Positions 24,482 to 37,386 of a stretch of 64,000 nucleotides of DNA are shown piece by piece. The notes under the pieces are model-generated. The model had not been told where the DNA came from and made no database searches. It worked only from the letters and a program-made list of their open reading frames with translations. Within the stretch, counting starts at the first letter, position 1. Each line of letters begins with the position of its first letter. The stretch lies in NCBI RefSeq assembly GCF_963921235.1, contig NC_086100.1, positions 204,106,001-204,170,000 of the forward strand, given 5' to 3'. The translations under genes and the position numbers were made by a program. Source of the stretch: Mobula hypostoma. Taxonomy: Eukaryota.

Positions 24482-26291
24482 CCTTTTAATAGGATGATTA
24501 AGACCGTTAGTATTCCAGGAGACAAAATTAATAATAGACTCCATAAATCCTAAAGTCAACCCACAGCGAGGAAGATTGAGGATAGGCTCGACCCACGAAC
24601 CCGGAGAGGAAACAGAACATACAAAAGATACCGGGAAAAAGGACGCAACCAGTACTTCAATAATGTATATAGCCCAAAGAAAAAAAAACTAAAACGTGAA
24701 GCCCCTCCCGCCACCCCCCGCCCCAAGACCCCAAGGCAAAATCTAAAGCAGACCCGCCCGAAAGAAGCAAGCGCTAAAACTACCCCCATGACTTCCGGTA
24801 TACGCTCCCTAAAAAAAGGTATAAATATGAAAAAGATCAGCTAATTGTAAAACAGTAAAAAAGTTTAAAAAAAGGTAACTCAATTAAAATACACACACAA
24901 CAGAACAAAAGCCAGAAAATATATATTAAAAAAAACCACAATAAACCCCAAACCATGAATAAACAAAACAACAACAAGAAAAAATAAGATTATTAACATA
25001 AACTAGCTATAAAAAGCAAAACAAAATAAAATTTTTTAAAAAAACTACAAAATTTAAGGCCACACAGGAAATACGTAAAATGACAAAAAGGAAGAGAAAT
25101 GACGCAGTTAAAAAGAAAGTTTAGCAACCATATTAAGAAATCAAAAATAAACTTTTCTGCCCAAATAAGGCACGAAAAAGTTAAAACCAACCAATTCACA
25201 GCCTCCGATCAACGGAGATAATTAAAAAAATAGCAATTAAGATGTTGAAGGTGAAAATTGATCCAGATAACTCTGGGCATCCGATGGAGAATCAAAAAAA
25301 CGAAGGGCTCCATCTAACATGCGAATCCTTAGACGTGCAGGGTACAGCAGCGCTGGTCTTAAATCCATCTTATAGAATTCCGACATCACAGATCTGTAGC
25401 GAACCCGTTGGTCCCAGATTGGTTTACTGAAATCTTCCACGAATCGGAACTTAAGATCTGAAAAATCAATGAAACCTTTAGATCGAGCGAATCGAAACAG
25501 TCTCTCCTTGTCTTGAAAGTAATGAAAACGTAAGATAACATGTCTAGGTCTATCTGACCTAGACGAGTGTGATGGGATTCTGTGAACACGATCCAGTAGC
25601 GGTGGTTGGTCAGGAAATACAGTAGGGAATGCATCTTTTAAAAGTTGAGAAAAAAACTTCATGGGGTTGTTAGATTCAACAGCTTCACGCACCCCAATCA
25701 TTCGTAAATTCTGCCGTCGCATTCTAGATTCCAAGTCAGAGTTTTTAAAAGTCAGAAAGTCAAGTTTCTTCTTCATTATATTAATTGTTTCTTCGATTTT
25801 CCCCATCTTAAGCTCACTTGGTTGCGCGGATTTTTGAAGATCAGATATAGCTGACTGATGTTCCGCAATAGATGTTTGCATCTTATCGATTGAATCGGCA
25901 ATTTTCTGAAGATTAATTGAGATTTCCGTATGAATCAGGTCCTTAACAGAGACTGCAATTTCCGTACGAATCATCTCCCTAACAGAGGTTGAAATTTCCC
26001 TCTGAATTAACTCCGATATAGCTTTCAAAGTCACCGGTGATTCAGTCGGAGGAAAATCCATGCCTTTCGGTTTAACCGGAGGTTTACCATTCTTGCCGTT
26101 TTTCCCGTTCTTAGACATAGCAGATCTAAGATACATCCAGTTATCGGAGAGTTCAATTTAATTCAAAGTATTGCAAGAGTTGATACCTTAATGGTTAATT
26201 AAAGTATAGCTGATCATAGAAAAATAACTCAGAGGTAATGGAGCGAGTCAAGAACGCGACTTCACTCCATGAGCGCTACCGGAAGTCCCCC
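24482..26291 (-). mobile_element. L1, 5'-complete and 3'-truncated (5' UTR, ORF1, spacer, 21 codons of ORF2) with 14-bp TSD
   Basis: GAATTGATTGTTTT at 24468-24481 and 26292-26305; minus strand starts GGGGGACTTCCGG; ORF2 stub MESIINFVSWNTNGLNHPIKR from 24544. Confidence 0.9.
25237..26136 (-). CDS. L1 ORF1p (coiled coil, RRM, CTD; Transposase_22-type), uninterrupted 299 aa
   Basis: DLESRMRRQNLRMIGVRE, LDRVHRI, PRHVILRFH, EDFS and LLYPARLRI motifs. Confidence 0.92.
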   Translation of the reverse strand: MYLRSAMSKNGKNGKNGKPPVKPKGMDFPPTESPVTLKAISELIQREISTSVREMIRTEIAVSVKDLIHTEISINLQKIADSIDKMQTSIAEHQSAISDLQKSAQPSELKMGKIEETINIMKKKLDFLTFKNSDLESRMRRQNLRMIGVREAVESNNPMKFFSQLLKDAFPTVFPDQPPLLDRVHRIPSHSSRSDRPRHVILRFHYFQDKERLFRFARSKGFIDFSDLKFRFVEDFSKPIWDQRVRYRSVMSEFYKMDLRPALLYPARLRIRMLDGALRFFDSPSDAQSYLDQFSPSTS

Positions 26292-26653
26292 GAATTGATT
26301 GTTTTGAGCAAAGTTTCCAGCCAATAATAATATAGCTGGAGGAACAGATAGTTTTGAGGAAATAGAAAGGCCACAGAACGACTTAGTCGGATTAAGTGAA
26401 TGGGCAAAGACGTGACAGATGAACTAAAATGTATGGTCATGACTTTGGTAGAAGAAATGAAAAGGATGATATTTTCCCCAGATGGAGACAAGACACAAAC
26501 ATTTGAGGATTAACGGGATATGGGAGTACTTGTGCAGGATTCTCTAAACCCAACTTGCAGTTTGAGTCTATGGTAATAAAGGCAAATGCGATGTCAGCAT
26601 TTAGTTTCCAGAGAACTAGGTATAAAAGTAAGGATGCAATTTTCAGATTTATA

Positions 26654-27505
26654 TAGTATATGCTCAAGGAGATCAGTGTTTTTTTGTCAGAATTATGTAA
26701 TGGTCTTTTGGAGGTCACCTGATGTGATTTTCCCGCCGATGTGAGGTCACGTAATGACATGTGCTCCATATATAAGGGAAGATTCCAGGTGACGTAGTTA
26801 GTTTTTAGTTTGTAGATTTCAGGGTAGAACGTGCTGTGTCTCCGTTTCTGTCACGTGTTTGTTTTTGTGACGCACTTTCATTTTTAAAACGGAGTATTGC
26901 GTTCTATTGCCAGATGCCATATTATTGGACTGGAAATTTTTAGCTCGATGAGTTGATTTGCTCAATTCCAACAGTAGAAGGGAGAGTGAAGAATTTATCC
27001 AAGTACAGGATCGAAGGATCGAGAGGAGTCGGCATCGTTCGGCAGTTTAACAAAGGATCGAGCTTATTGAGTCTTTGTTGACGGAGCAGCAACCTGCATC
27101 GGGGATAACTCTTGGCAAAAAGACAAGGAGTTCATGCAAAGGTTTTTTCTCTCTCTAAAAGAATTTAAGGCCAGTTGTTTTAAACTGTTTATTTCCTGCA
27201 TCGTTAATCCTGTCGACAGAACCAGCAGGAAAGTCCAGTCTATGAAGAAATCCTTCTCCAGAGAAGTCTCTCCAAATTGAACATATAAATCTGTTGGACT
27301 TTAGAAGTTATCGCTTTAAGAACTATATGTGACTTTATCGCTTTCAGAATTGTTTTCGCATTTAACGCTTTAGGAACCAGTGCCGAGTGACGAGTTGGTG
27401 AACGGCTGCATATCGGTTAAATTCCGGTTCAAGTTTTCGTTTTATTATCGTATCGTTTATACATGTTTAATAAATGTTCGGTTGTTTTTATGTAACCTGT
27501 CTCGG
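26654..27505 (+). mobile_element. LTR of the same family as 5729-7113, 3' end truncated
   Basis: taatggtcttttggaggtcacctgatgt and gaaatccttctccagagaagtctctcc match the reverse complement of the first LTR; TATATAA near 26769 and AATAAA near 27469. Confidence 0.8.
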
Positions 27506-27514
27506 TTGACTGTC

Positions 27515-30500
27515 TCGGTGGCGTGGCTGAGGGATTGGAGCAGGGGGCAGGGATTCAAGTTATTGCATCATTGGGACCTCTTTTGGCGCAGGCGTGACCT
27601 GTACAAAATGGACGGGTTACACTTGAATCCTAGGGGGACCAATATCCTGGCAGGGAGATTAGCAGGGGCTACTGAGGTGACTTTAAACTAGAATGGTTGG
27701 GGGGTGGGAATCAAATTTAAGAGGCTAGGCGTGAGGAGGTTAGTTCACAACACGGGGATGGGAACCAGTGCAGAGAGACAGAGGGGTGTAAAGTGAGGGT
27801 AGAAGCAAAAAGTACTAAGGAGAAAAGTAAAAGTGGCAGGCCGACAAATCCAGGGCAAGCATTAAAAAGGGCCAGTTTTCAACATAATTGTATAAGGGCC
27901 AAGAGAGTTGTGAAAGAGCGCCTGAAGGCTTTATGTGTCAATGCAAGGAGCATTGGTAATAAGGTGGATGAATTGAAAGTGCAGATTGTTATTAATGATT
28001 ATGATACAGTTGGGATCACAGCAACATGGCTCCAGGGTGACCAGGGATGGGAGCTCAACGTTCAGGGATATTGAATACTCAGGAGGGATAGACATGAAGG
28101 AAGGGGAGGTGGGGTGGCGTTGCTGGTTAAAGAAGAGATTAACGCAATAGAAAGGAAGGACATAAGCCGGGAAGATGTGGAATGGATATGGGTAGAGCTG
28201 CGTTACACTAAGGGGCAGAAGACGCTGGTGGGAGTTGTGTACAGGCCACCTAACAGTAGTAGTGAGGTCGGAGATGGTATTAAACAGGTAATTAGAAATG
28301 TGTGCAATAAAGGAACAGCAGTTATAATGGGTGACTTCAATCTACATGTAGATTGGGTGAACCAAATTAGTAAAGGTGCTGAGGAAGAGGATTTCTTGGA
28401 ATTTATGTGGGATGGTTTTTTGACCCAACATGTCGAGGAACCAACCAGAGAGCAGGCTATTCTGGACTGGGTTTTGAGCAATGAGGAAGGGTTAATTAGC
28501 GATCTTGTCGTGAGAGGCCCCTTGGGTAAGAGTGACCATAATATGGTGGAATTCTTCATTAAGATGGAGAGTGACATAGTTAATTCAGAAACAAAGGTTC
28601 TGAACTTAAAGAGGGGTAACTTTGAAGGTATGAGACGTGAATTAGCTAAGATAGACTGGCAAATGACACTTAAAGGATTGACGGTGGATATGCAATTGCA
28701 AGCATTTAAAGGTTGCATGGATGAACTACAACAATTGTTCATCCCAGTTTGGCAAAAGAATAAATCAAGGAAGGTAGTGCACCCGTGGCTGACAAGAGAA
28801 ATTAGGGATAGTATCAATTCCAAAGAAGAAGCATACAAATTAGCCAGAGAAAGTGGCTCACCTGAGGACTGGGAGAAATTCAGAGTTCAGCAGAGGAGGA
28901 CAAAGGGCTTAATTAGGAAGGGGAAAAAAGATTATGAGAGAAAACTGGCGGGGAACATAAAAACGGACTGTAAAAGCTTTTATAGATATGTAAAAAGGAA
29001 AAGACTGGTAAAGACAAATGTAGGTCCCCTGCAGACAGAAACAGGTGAATTGATTATGGGGAGCAAGGACATGGCAGACCAATTGAATAACTACTTTGGT
29101 TCTGTCTTCACTAAGGAGGACATAAATAATCTTCCAGAAATAGTAAGGGACAGAGGGTCCAGTGAGATGGAGGAACTCAGTGAAATACATGTTAGTAGGG
29201 AAGTGGTGTTAGGTAAATTGAAGGGATTGAAGGCAGATAAATCCCCAGGGCCAGATGGTCTGCATCCTAGAGTGCTTAAGGAAGTAGCCCAAGAAATAGT
29301 GGATGCATTAGTGATAATTTTTCAAAACTCGTTAGATTCTGGACTAGTTCCTGAGGATTGGAGGGTGGCTAATGTAACCCCACTTTTTAAAAAAGCAGGG
29401 AGAGAGAAACCGGGGAATTATAGACCGGTTAGCCTAACGTCGGTGGTGGGGAAACTGCTGGAGTCAGTTATCAAGGATATGATAACAGCACATTTGGAAA
29501 GCGGTGAAATGATCGGACAAAGTCAGCATGGATTTGTGAAAGGAAAATCATGTCTGACGAATCTCATAGAATTTTTTGAGGATGTAACTAGTAGAGTGGA
29601 TAGGGGAGAACCAGTGGATGTGGTATATTTGGATTTTCAAAAGGCTTTTGACAAGGTCCCACACAGGAGATTTGTGTGCAAACTGAAAGCACACGGTATT
29701 GGGGGTAAGGTATTGGTGTGGGTGGAGAATTGGTTAGCAGACAGGAAGCAAAGAGTGGGAATAAACGGGACCTTTTCAGAATGGCAAGCGGTGACTAGTG
29801 GGGTACCGCAAGGCTCAGTGCTGGGACCCCAGTTGTTTAAAATATATATTAATGACTTGGATGAGGGAATTAAATGCAGCATCTCCAAGTTTGCGGATGA
29901 CACGAAGCTGGGTGGCAGTGTTAGCTGTGAGGAGGATGCAGGGTGACTTGGATAGGTTGGGTGAGTGGGCAAATTCATGGCAGAAGCAATTTAATGTGGA
30001 TAAATGTGAAGTTATCCACTTTGGTGGCAAAAATAGGAAAACAGATTATTATCTGAATGGTGGCCGATTAGGAAAAGGGGAGGTGCAACGAGACCTGGGT
30101 GTCATTATACACCAGTCATTGAAAGTGGGCATGCAGGTGCAGCAGACGGTGAAAAAGGCGAATGGTATGCTGGCATTTATAGCAAGAGGATTCGAGTACA
30201 GGAGCAGGGAGGTACTACTGCAGTTGTGCAAGGCCTTGGTGAGACCACACCTGGAGTATTGTGTGCAGTTTTGGTCCCCTAATCTGAGGAAAGACATCTT
30301 TGCCATAGAGGGAGTACAAAGAAGGTTCACCAGATTGATTCCTGGGATGGCAGGACTTTCATATGAAGAAAGACTGCATGAACTGGGCTTGTACTCGTTG
30401 GAATTTAGAAGATTGAGGGGGGATCTGATTGAAACGTATAAGATCCTAAAGGGATTGGACAGGCTAGATGCAGGAAGATTGTTCCCGACGTTGGGGAAGT

Positions 30501-30814
30501 CCAGAACGAGGGTCACAGTTTGAGGATAGAGGGGAAGCCTTTTAGGACCGAGATTAGGAAAAACTTCTTCACACAGAGAGTGGTGAATCTGTGGAATTCT
30601 CTGCCACAGCAAACTGTTGAGGCCAGTTCATTGGCTATGTTTAAGAGGGAGTTAGATATGGCCCTTGTGGCTACAGGGGTCATGGGGTATGGAGGGAGGG
30701 CTGGTGCAGGGTTCTGAGTTGGCTGATCAGCCATGATCATAATAAATGGCGGTGCAGGCTCGAAGGGCCGAATGGCCTACTCCTGCACCTATTTTCTATG
30801 TTTCTATGTTTCTA
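27515..30814 (+). mobile_element. CR1 family A, young copy with end of ORF1 and whole ORF2 (stop at ~28072, frameshifts at ~29939 and ~30511)
   Basis: 610-aa open APE-RT segment; (TTTCTATG)n tail. Confidence 0.95.
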
Positions 30815-30944
30815 AGTATTTCACATATTCAAAGGAATGGGCAGGCTGCTATATTATACAAAAATAAATACTGGAAATTGGCAGACGAATCGATGCATGC
30901 CGGCTGGAAATGAACGAGAGAAAGACAAGCGTGAGGTAAATTGT

Positions 30945-31545
30945 TAGGAGAGCGGGGGAGAGAGGGAAAGGGACCGAGAGAGAGGGAAGAGAGGGAGACA
31001 GCGGGAGGAAGAGAAAGAGAGGTGAAGATAAAGAGAGAGAAGGGGAAAAGAGGGAGAGAGCGGGAAGAACAGAAAGAGAGGGGAAGATAAAGACAGAGGG
31101 GGAAGAGAGAGAGAGAGAGGAAGGGAGAGAGAGGAAAGTGAGAGTGGGAAGAGAGAGAGGGGAAGAGAGATAGAGGGGGAGAGAGAGAGAGGGAAGAGAG
31201 GGAGAGAGCGGGAGGAAGAGAAAGAGAGAGAATGATAAAGAGAGAGGGGGAAGAGAAAGAGAGGGGGGAAGAGAGAGAGGAAGGGAGAGAGAGTGGGGAA
31301 GAGAGGGAGGGAACAGAGGGGAGGAAGAGAGATAGAGGGAAGAGAGAGGGGGAAGACAGGGAGAGAGCAGGAGGAAGAGAAATAGAGGGAAAGATAAAGA
31401 GAGGGGGAAAGAGAAAGAGGGGGAAGAGAGAGAGGAAGGGAGAGAGAGGGGGAAGAGAGAGGGGGAGGGGGAGAGAGAGACAGAGAGAGTGAGAGGGGAA
31501 GGAAAAAGGGAGGGGGGGAGAGAGAGAGAGAGAAGCCGATAGGCA
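30945..31545. repeat. Polypurine (GA-rich) low-complexity tract
   Basis: Almost only G and A on the + strand. Confidence 0.9.
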
Positions 31546-31729
31546 AACGGAGAAATAGATAGGTCAAGCAGGCAGAAAGACAGCCAAAAACAGATGGATA
31601 GATTTCAGGATTGTGCAGTTTCTCCAGTATCTCCTAGTCTCTGGTACAGTGTGAGAGTGTGGAGATCATTCTGTACCTGTCAGTCTATGCTTCTGAGTGA
31701 GAGTGTGGAGTTCATTGTGATCTCTCAGA

Positions 31730-32960
31730 TCGCTGTGTAAAGAATTGCTTTCCGATGTTAGTCTGAAATCGCCCTTAACCAGTCTCCATGTTTCCTTGCA
31801 GATGGATTAATTTTGATGTCGTACTTGGCATCCTACTTTACCCTTAACAATTCTGAACATTTCTGTCATATATCCTCTCATTATATGTCAACTTAGGCCA
31901 AATAGATTTAATTCTCTCAATCGTTTCTGCATAACTCACACCCTGCAGTCCTGCAGTGAGAGGCTACTTCCTTGCCCTTTCTCCTAAACTGTCTAAGTGC
32001 TTCTGCATCCTATCTGTTTCCTGAACATACCTGCCCCTGCACCAATCTTCATATCATCTGCAAACTTGGCAAGCAATCAATCCATTTCATCATCTAAATC
32101 ATTTATATTCAGCAAAATGTAGTAGTCCTAACACCAATCCCTGCGGAACACCACTAGTCACTGGCAGTCATCCAGACGAGGTTCCTTTTATTCCCACTTG
32201 CTGCATCCCTCTTCTTATCACATGTTTTTCCAACTCGATCTTCATTAATGTTTCCCTTATCTTATGCACGATACACATTAAGCTTACTGGTAAGTAGTTA
32301 AAAAGGTCAGTGCTGTCACCCCTCTTATATACCAGGAAAAATTTAGGCCTTTTCAAGTCCTAAAAGACTTCATCAATCTTCATAGAGTTCTGAAAAATTC
32401 TTATTTTGTGTTTGCATTTTTAATCATAGACTTCTTTAAGTACCCTTGGATATCTGTTGTCTGACACTGAGATTTATCAACGTTCAACCTTTTCAGCTGA
32501 AACAGGAACTTACTTACTAAGATCTCTGAATCAGCTCAAGCAACTTTATTTTTAACATCTTTGCAGGTGAATACTTTAGCAAAATAAGAACTAAGAGTAT
32601 CCGTTGATTCCTTCTCTTCATAATTTAACACCACACTATTATTCCTAATGCACTTAAATTTCCACTTAACATTTCTTTTATGACAGAAGTATTGACAAAA
32701 TCTCTTGGTTAATTTTAAACTTATCAACAATCTCCTTCTCAACCTGTCAATTTGAATTTCCCACTTGACTCTAGCTCTCATATTTTCATATGGTCTATGA
32801 TTAAAATGTATTACTATTTTTTTCTGCATTCCTTACTTATTGTCTTTTCTTCAATATTTTTATAAGTCTTTGCTCATCCATGTAGTTGACCTACTGCTTT
32901 ATTTTTGCATCTCCTGACCTTGGGTATGAACGTTTCCTGCACTACATGTATTACCCATTT
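31730..32960 (-). mobile_element. Patchwork of old CR1-like fragments
   Basis: Reverse complements of VPQG/FADD-coding segments; YKRGD...NYLPVSL; LSSYFAKVFT. Confidence 0.65.
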
Positions 32961-32974
32961 AAATCGATGTTCAT

Positions 32975-33520
32975 GCAATAAATTATTTTCAATCATTTAT
33001 GGACAAATTGTACTCTGCATACAGTAGATCACCTCTAAATCGAAAGGAACTGTCTGAATGTGTCTCTCAACTAGAACAACAATTTTGAAAAATAGGCCAT
33101 GTTCTGGGCATCAGGTGGGCAGCTAGCTCGTTTCGAGCAGTTTCAGTAGTGTGGCAAAATTATGAAGCACTGTGTTTTCATTTTGAAAAAAAAAGGCAAT
33201 GAAGGATGGAACAAGATCTAGGAGTGACAGAAAAACCTATGAAGGTCAGTTGAAAAGACGCTGTTCAGAACAGTTTCTATTGGACTTAGCTCTAATGTAT
33301 GACACGTTGCCTGAACTTGGTTTACTGTCAGAGTGTTTACAGAAACGCACTACTATGATTGCTTATGCAGACAAACCGATCCAACTGATGAGATCACTGA
33401 ATGGACTGAAAGAGCAAACTGGTACAAAAACTCTAGAAGCTCAAGAGGCAATTGAAAAGGGGGAGTTTGGAGAAATTACCTTAACAAGCAACAACGAAAT
33501 TGTCTCCATTAATTTTCTAT
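32975..33520 (+). mobile_element. Decayed hAT-like transposase fragment (KIAA1586/ZNF862-related)
   Basis: FMDKLYSAYSRSP...KIGHVLGIRWAASSFRAV..VWQNYEALCFHF...FLLDLALMYDTL.EL.LLS..LQ, with a stop and a frameshift. Confidence 0.75.
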
Positions 33521-33899
33521 AGTTTCTTACTTATGCTTGTAAATCACATGGACCTCCTCTAGTTCAGTGGAATGATGAGCCGTATGTCACATCATGGCTG
33601 CGGTACCACTGATCAGCAGATGACTGCAGGACAAGAGTTGCTTCAGACCCCCGAACATGCATTTCGCCTGACCTTTTGTTGAAATTGTTGTGAAACTTCT
33701 CATTGGTGGCATTTGGTAAGTAGGTAATTACTTTCAAATTGGTAAAATACATGATTACCGTCTTTTATACACTGAAATGTAGTGATAAGCTATAATCTTG
33801 TTAATGTTTTAACTATCACTATATTTCTGTGGAGCTCTGGAATACATATATTTCTTTCATGTTGGTTTAGTGCTAGACATTATAAGAAGCCCTATTCAC

Positions 33900-35200
33900 A
33901 TCATACACGTCACACCCAATTTGGGGTGGATCAGTCACCAGGTCCAGAGGGACTACATCTCAGATACCTGTGACAGGTTGGTGAAGAGTTACCGGATGCA
34001 TTGGTCATGATCTTTCAAGAATCTCTTGACTCTGGCGTGGTCCCAGAGGACTCCACTCTTTCCGAAGGGAGAAAGTCAAAAGAAAAGGAAGGAGAGGCCA
34101 GATAGCCTAACCTCAATACTTGGGAAAAAATGGGAGTCTTATTAAGGATGAGATTTCAAGGTCCTTGGAGACTTATGATAAAATAAGCATGATTTCTATG
34201 AAGGGAAATTTTCCTTGACAAATCTGTTAAGATTCATTGAGGAAGTAACAAGCAGTGTGGACAAAGGAGAGTCAGTGGATGCCATTTATTTGGATTTTCA
34301 GAAGGTGTTTGATAAGGTGCCACACATTAGACTGCTTGACAAGATAAAATCCTACAGCGTTACAGGAAAGACTGGCGTGGCGAGCGGATTGACTGACAGG
34401 TGGGAGGCAGCGATTCGATAATTCAAGAGGCCTTTTCCGATTGGCTGGCAGTGACTAGTGGGGTCTGTATTGGGACCGCTATTTTTAACATTGTTTATCA
34501 GTGATTTAGACAATCAAATTGAAAGTTTGAGGCAAATTTGCGGAAGATAGGTGAAGGGGTAGAAAGTGCTGAGGAAATAATGTGTTTGCAGCAGAACTTA
34601 GAGAAGTTGGAAGAACAGGAAAACCATGTGGCAAATGGAACACACTGCTGGAAAATGTATGATAATGAATTTGGGTAAAGGAGAAAGGAGAGTATAGGGA
34701 GTTAGGAATGCAGTTGAGAAGAAGGACCATAAAGGTAGTTATCTCGGGATTACTGCCTGTGCCAGTGAGTATAGGAATAGGGTGAGGTGGAGGATAAATG
34801 CGTAGCTGAGGGATTAGAACAGGGGGCAGGGATTCAAGCTTTTGGATCATTCGGACCTCTTTTGGCGCAGGTGTGACCTGTACAAAAAGGACGGGTTACA
34901 CTTCAATCCTCAGGGGACCAATATCCTGGCGGGGAGATTTGCGAAGGCTACTAGGAAGACTTCAAACTAGAATGGTTGGGAGATGGGAATCAAATTGATG
35001 ACACTAGGAGAGAGGAGGTTAGTTCACAAATAGAGAAAGCTAGTAGACAGTGTGTGAGGGAGAATAGGCGGGGGACAGAGATTGGGAGCACTCAGACCGA
35101 AGATGTAGGGGAGAAGGAAGAAAACTATAACTGTTGTTTGCTCCATTAAGGATAAACAGAGAGTTTCTTAAATGCATCTATTTTAATGCTAGGAGCATTG
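33900..35200 (+). mobile_element. Decayed CR1 RT fragment followed by a CR1 ORF1-end/ORF2-start fragment
   Basis: SPGPEGLH, YLDFQKVFDKVPH; then KKDGLH and CIYFNARSI. Confidence 0.8.
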
Positions 35201-36615
35201 GCTCCAAAGGGCTCCTGTACTGTGGAAGACATCCTGCCTCGTCCCTGTGCCGAAGACGCTGCGCCCCAGTGGCCTCAATGACTATAGGCTGGTGGCTTTG
35301 ACCTCCCACATCATGAAGACCCTGGAGAGACTTGTTCTGGAGCTGCTCCGGCCTATGGTCAGGCCACACTTAGATCCCCTCCAGTTTGCCTACCAGCCCC
35401 GGCTAGGAGTTGAGGATGCCATCGTCTTCCTGCTGAACTGTGTCTACGCCCACCTGGACAAGCCAGCGAGCACTGTGAGGGTCATGTTTTTTGACTTCTC
35501 CAGTGCGTTCAACACCATCCGCCCTGCTCTGCTGGGGGAGAAGCTGACAGCGATGCAGGTGGATGCTTCCCTGGAATCATGGATTCTTGATTACCTGACG
35601 GGCAGACCAGAGTACGTGTGCTTGCAACACTGTGTGTCCGACAGAGTGATCAGCAACACTGGGGCTCCACAGGGGACTGTCTTGTCTCCATTTCTCTTCA
35701 CCATTTACACATCGGACTTCAACTACTGCACAGAGTCTTGTCGTCTTCAGAAGTTTTCGGATGACTCTGCCATAATTGGATGCATCAACAAGGGAAATGA
35801 GGCTGAGTACAGGGCTACGGTAGGAAACTTTGTCACATGGTGTGAGCAGAATTATCTGCAGCTTAATGTGAAAAAGACTAAGGAGCTGGTGGTAGACCTG
35901 AGGAGAGCAAAGGTACCGGTGACCCCTGTTTCCATCCAGGGGGTCAGTGAGGACATGGTGGAGGATTACAAATACCTGGGAGTAAGAATTGACAATAAAC
36001 TGGACTGGTCAAATAACACTGAGGCTATCTACAAGAAGGGTCAGAGCTGTCTGTGTTTCCTGAGGAGACTGAGGTCTTTTAAGATCTGCCGGACGATGCT
36101 GAGGATGTTCTACGAGTCTGTGGTGGCCAGTCCTATCACGTTTGCTGTTGTGTGCTGGGGTAGCAGGCTGAGGGTAGCAGACACCAACAGAATCAACAAA
36201 CTCATTCGTAAGGCCAGTGATGTTGTGGGGATGGAACTGGACTCTCTCACGGTGGTGTCTGAAAAGAGGATGCTGTCTAAGTTGCATGCCATCTTGGTCA
36301 ATGTCTCCCATCCACTACATAATGTACTGGGTGGGCACAGGAGTATATTCAGCCAGACTCATTCCTCCGAGATGCAGCACAGAGCGTCGTAGGAAGTCAT
36401 TCCTGCCTGTGGCCATCAAACTTTACAACTCCTCCCTTGGAGGGTCAGTCACCCTGAGCCAATAGGCTGGTCCTGGACTTATTTCATAATTTACTGGCAT
36501 AATTTACATATTACTATTTAACTATTTATGTTTCTATTATTATTTATTATTTATGGTGCAACTGCAACGAAAACCAATTTCCCCCGGGATCAATAAAGTA
36601 TGACTATGACTATGA
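35201..36615 (+). mobile_element. Rex1/Babar LINE, 5'-truncated, RT frame open for 381 aa
   Basis: LNDYRLVALTS, LDPLQFAY, FFDFSSAFNTI, GAPQGTVLSP, KFSDDSA; (CTATGA)n tail. Confidence 0.93.
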
Positions 36616-37386
36616 TATACCAGTGCAAGCGGTTTTGAAGGATATAAACATGAGAATGTTCTTTTCTGCAAGGTGGAAAGAGAGCTATCTCAGGGTAAAC
36701 CACAGCTGGAGCTGTAATAGTGAACAGAATGTTGAGAAGGAAAGAAAAAGACAGCATGAGAGAGAGAGATAGACAGAGTGACTGAATGAGGCAGAAAGAA
36801 GGAGAGTGAGAGCCAGACAGTGAAAGTAAGACAGGAAGAGCAAGAAAGGGAGAAAAGAGAGAGTGCAAGAGAGACAGTAAGAGACAGGGAAAGACACAGA
36901 GAGATGGAGACGATTACAGAGATAGAAAGAGCGAGAGAGAGAGAGAGAACTGGCTGCGTGACATTGTCAGATCTGTGACTCCTCCAACATTGCAGAAATT
37001 GGCTTTTTTAGTGGATGATCAGTATTATTTTGATTAATGTACTGCTACGACTGCGAAATTTGTTTGCCTTTCGGCAATGGAATCATAGATGTTCTCATAA
37101 AGTGTTTCGCTTTAAAACGTGTGCAGCGATTCCTTTGTTTGCAAATGCATATGTAAATACCCTGAGCTGAATTTAAAAACAACGCGGATTGACTATCAAA
37201 ACAATTTTCATTATAAAGAGGCTATCAGATAAGCTTATGAATATACAGGTTGGAATCATATGCACCAAATTTGGGGGAGTGGGGAACACAGAGGAGAGTA
37301 TCTGCTGACATGAGTGAAATTGCAGGATAATGTGTTACCTCCATCACGCCAGGGCAGGGTGATCAGCCAGAGATCGGGGTTCTTAT

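Larger units (their letters stand above)
24240..26650 (+). mobile_element. Old CR1 RT fragment (family B-like) that hosts the L1 insertion
   Basis: gattttcagaagacctttaacaaggt, gtgactagtgacgttccgcaggg; sequence continues after 26305. Confidence 0.7.

Noticed and set aside
5729..27505. Two related LTRs as the ends of one retroelement
   Set aside because: They are inverted and diverged, the first has its own flanking duplication, and no gag/pol lies between them
30944..31567. Leu/Ser/Pro-rich and Arg/Glu-rich ORFs
   Set aside because: Translations of a polypurine tract
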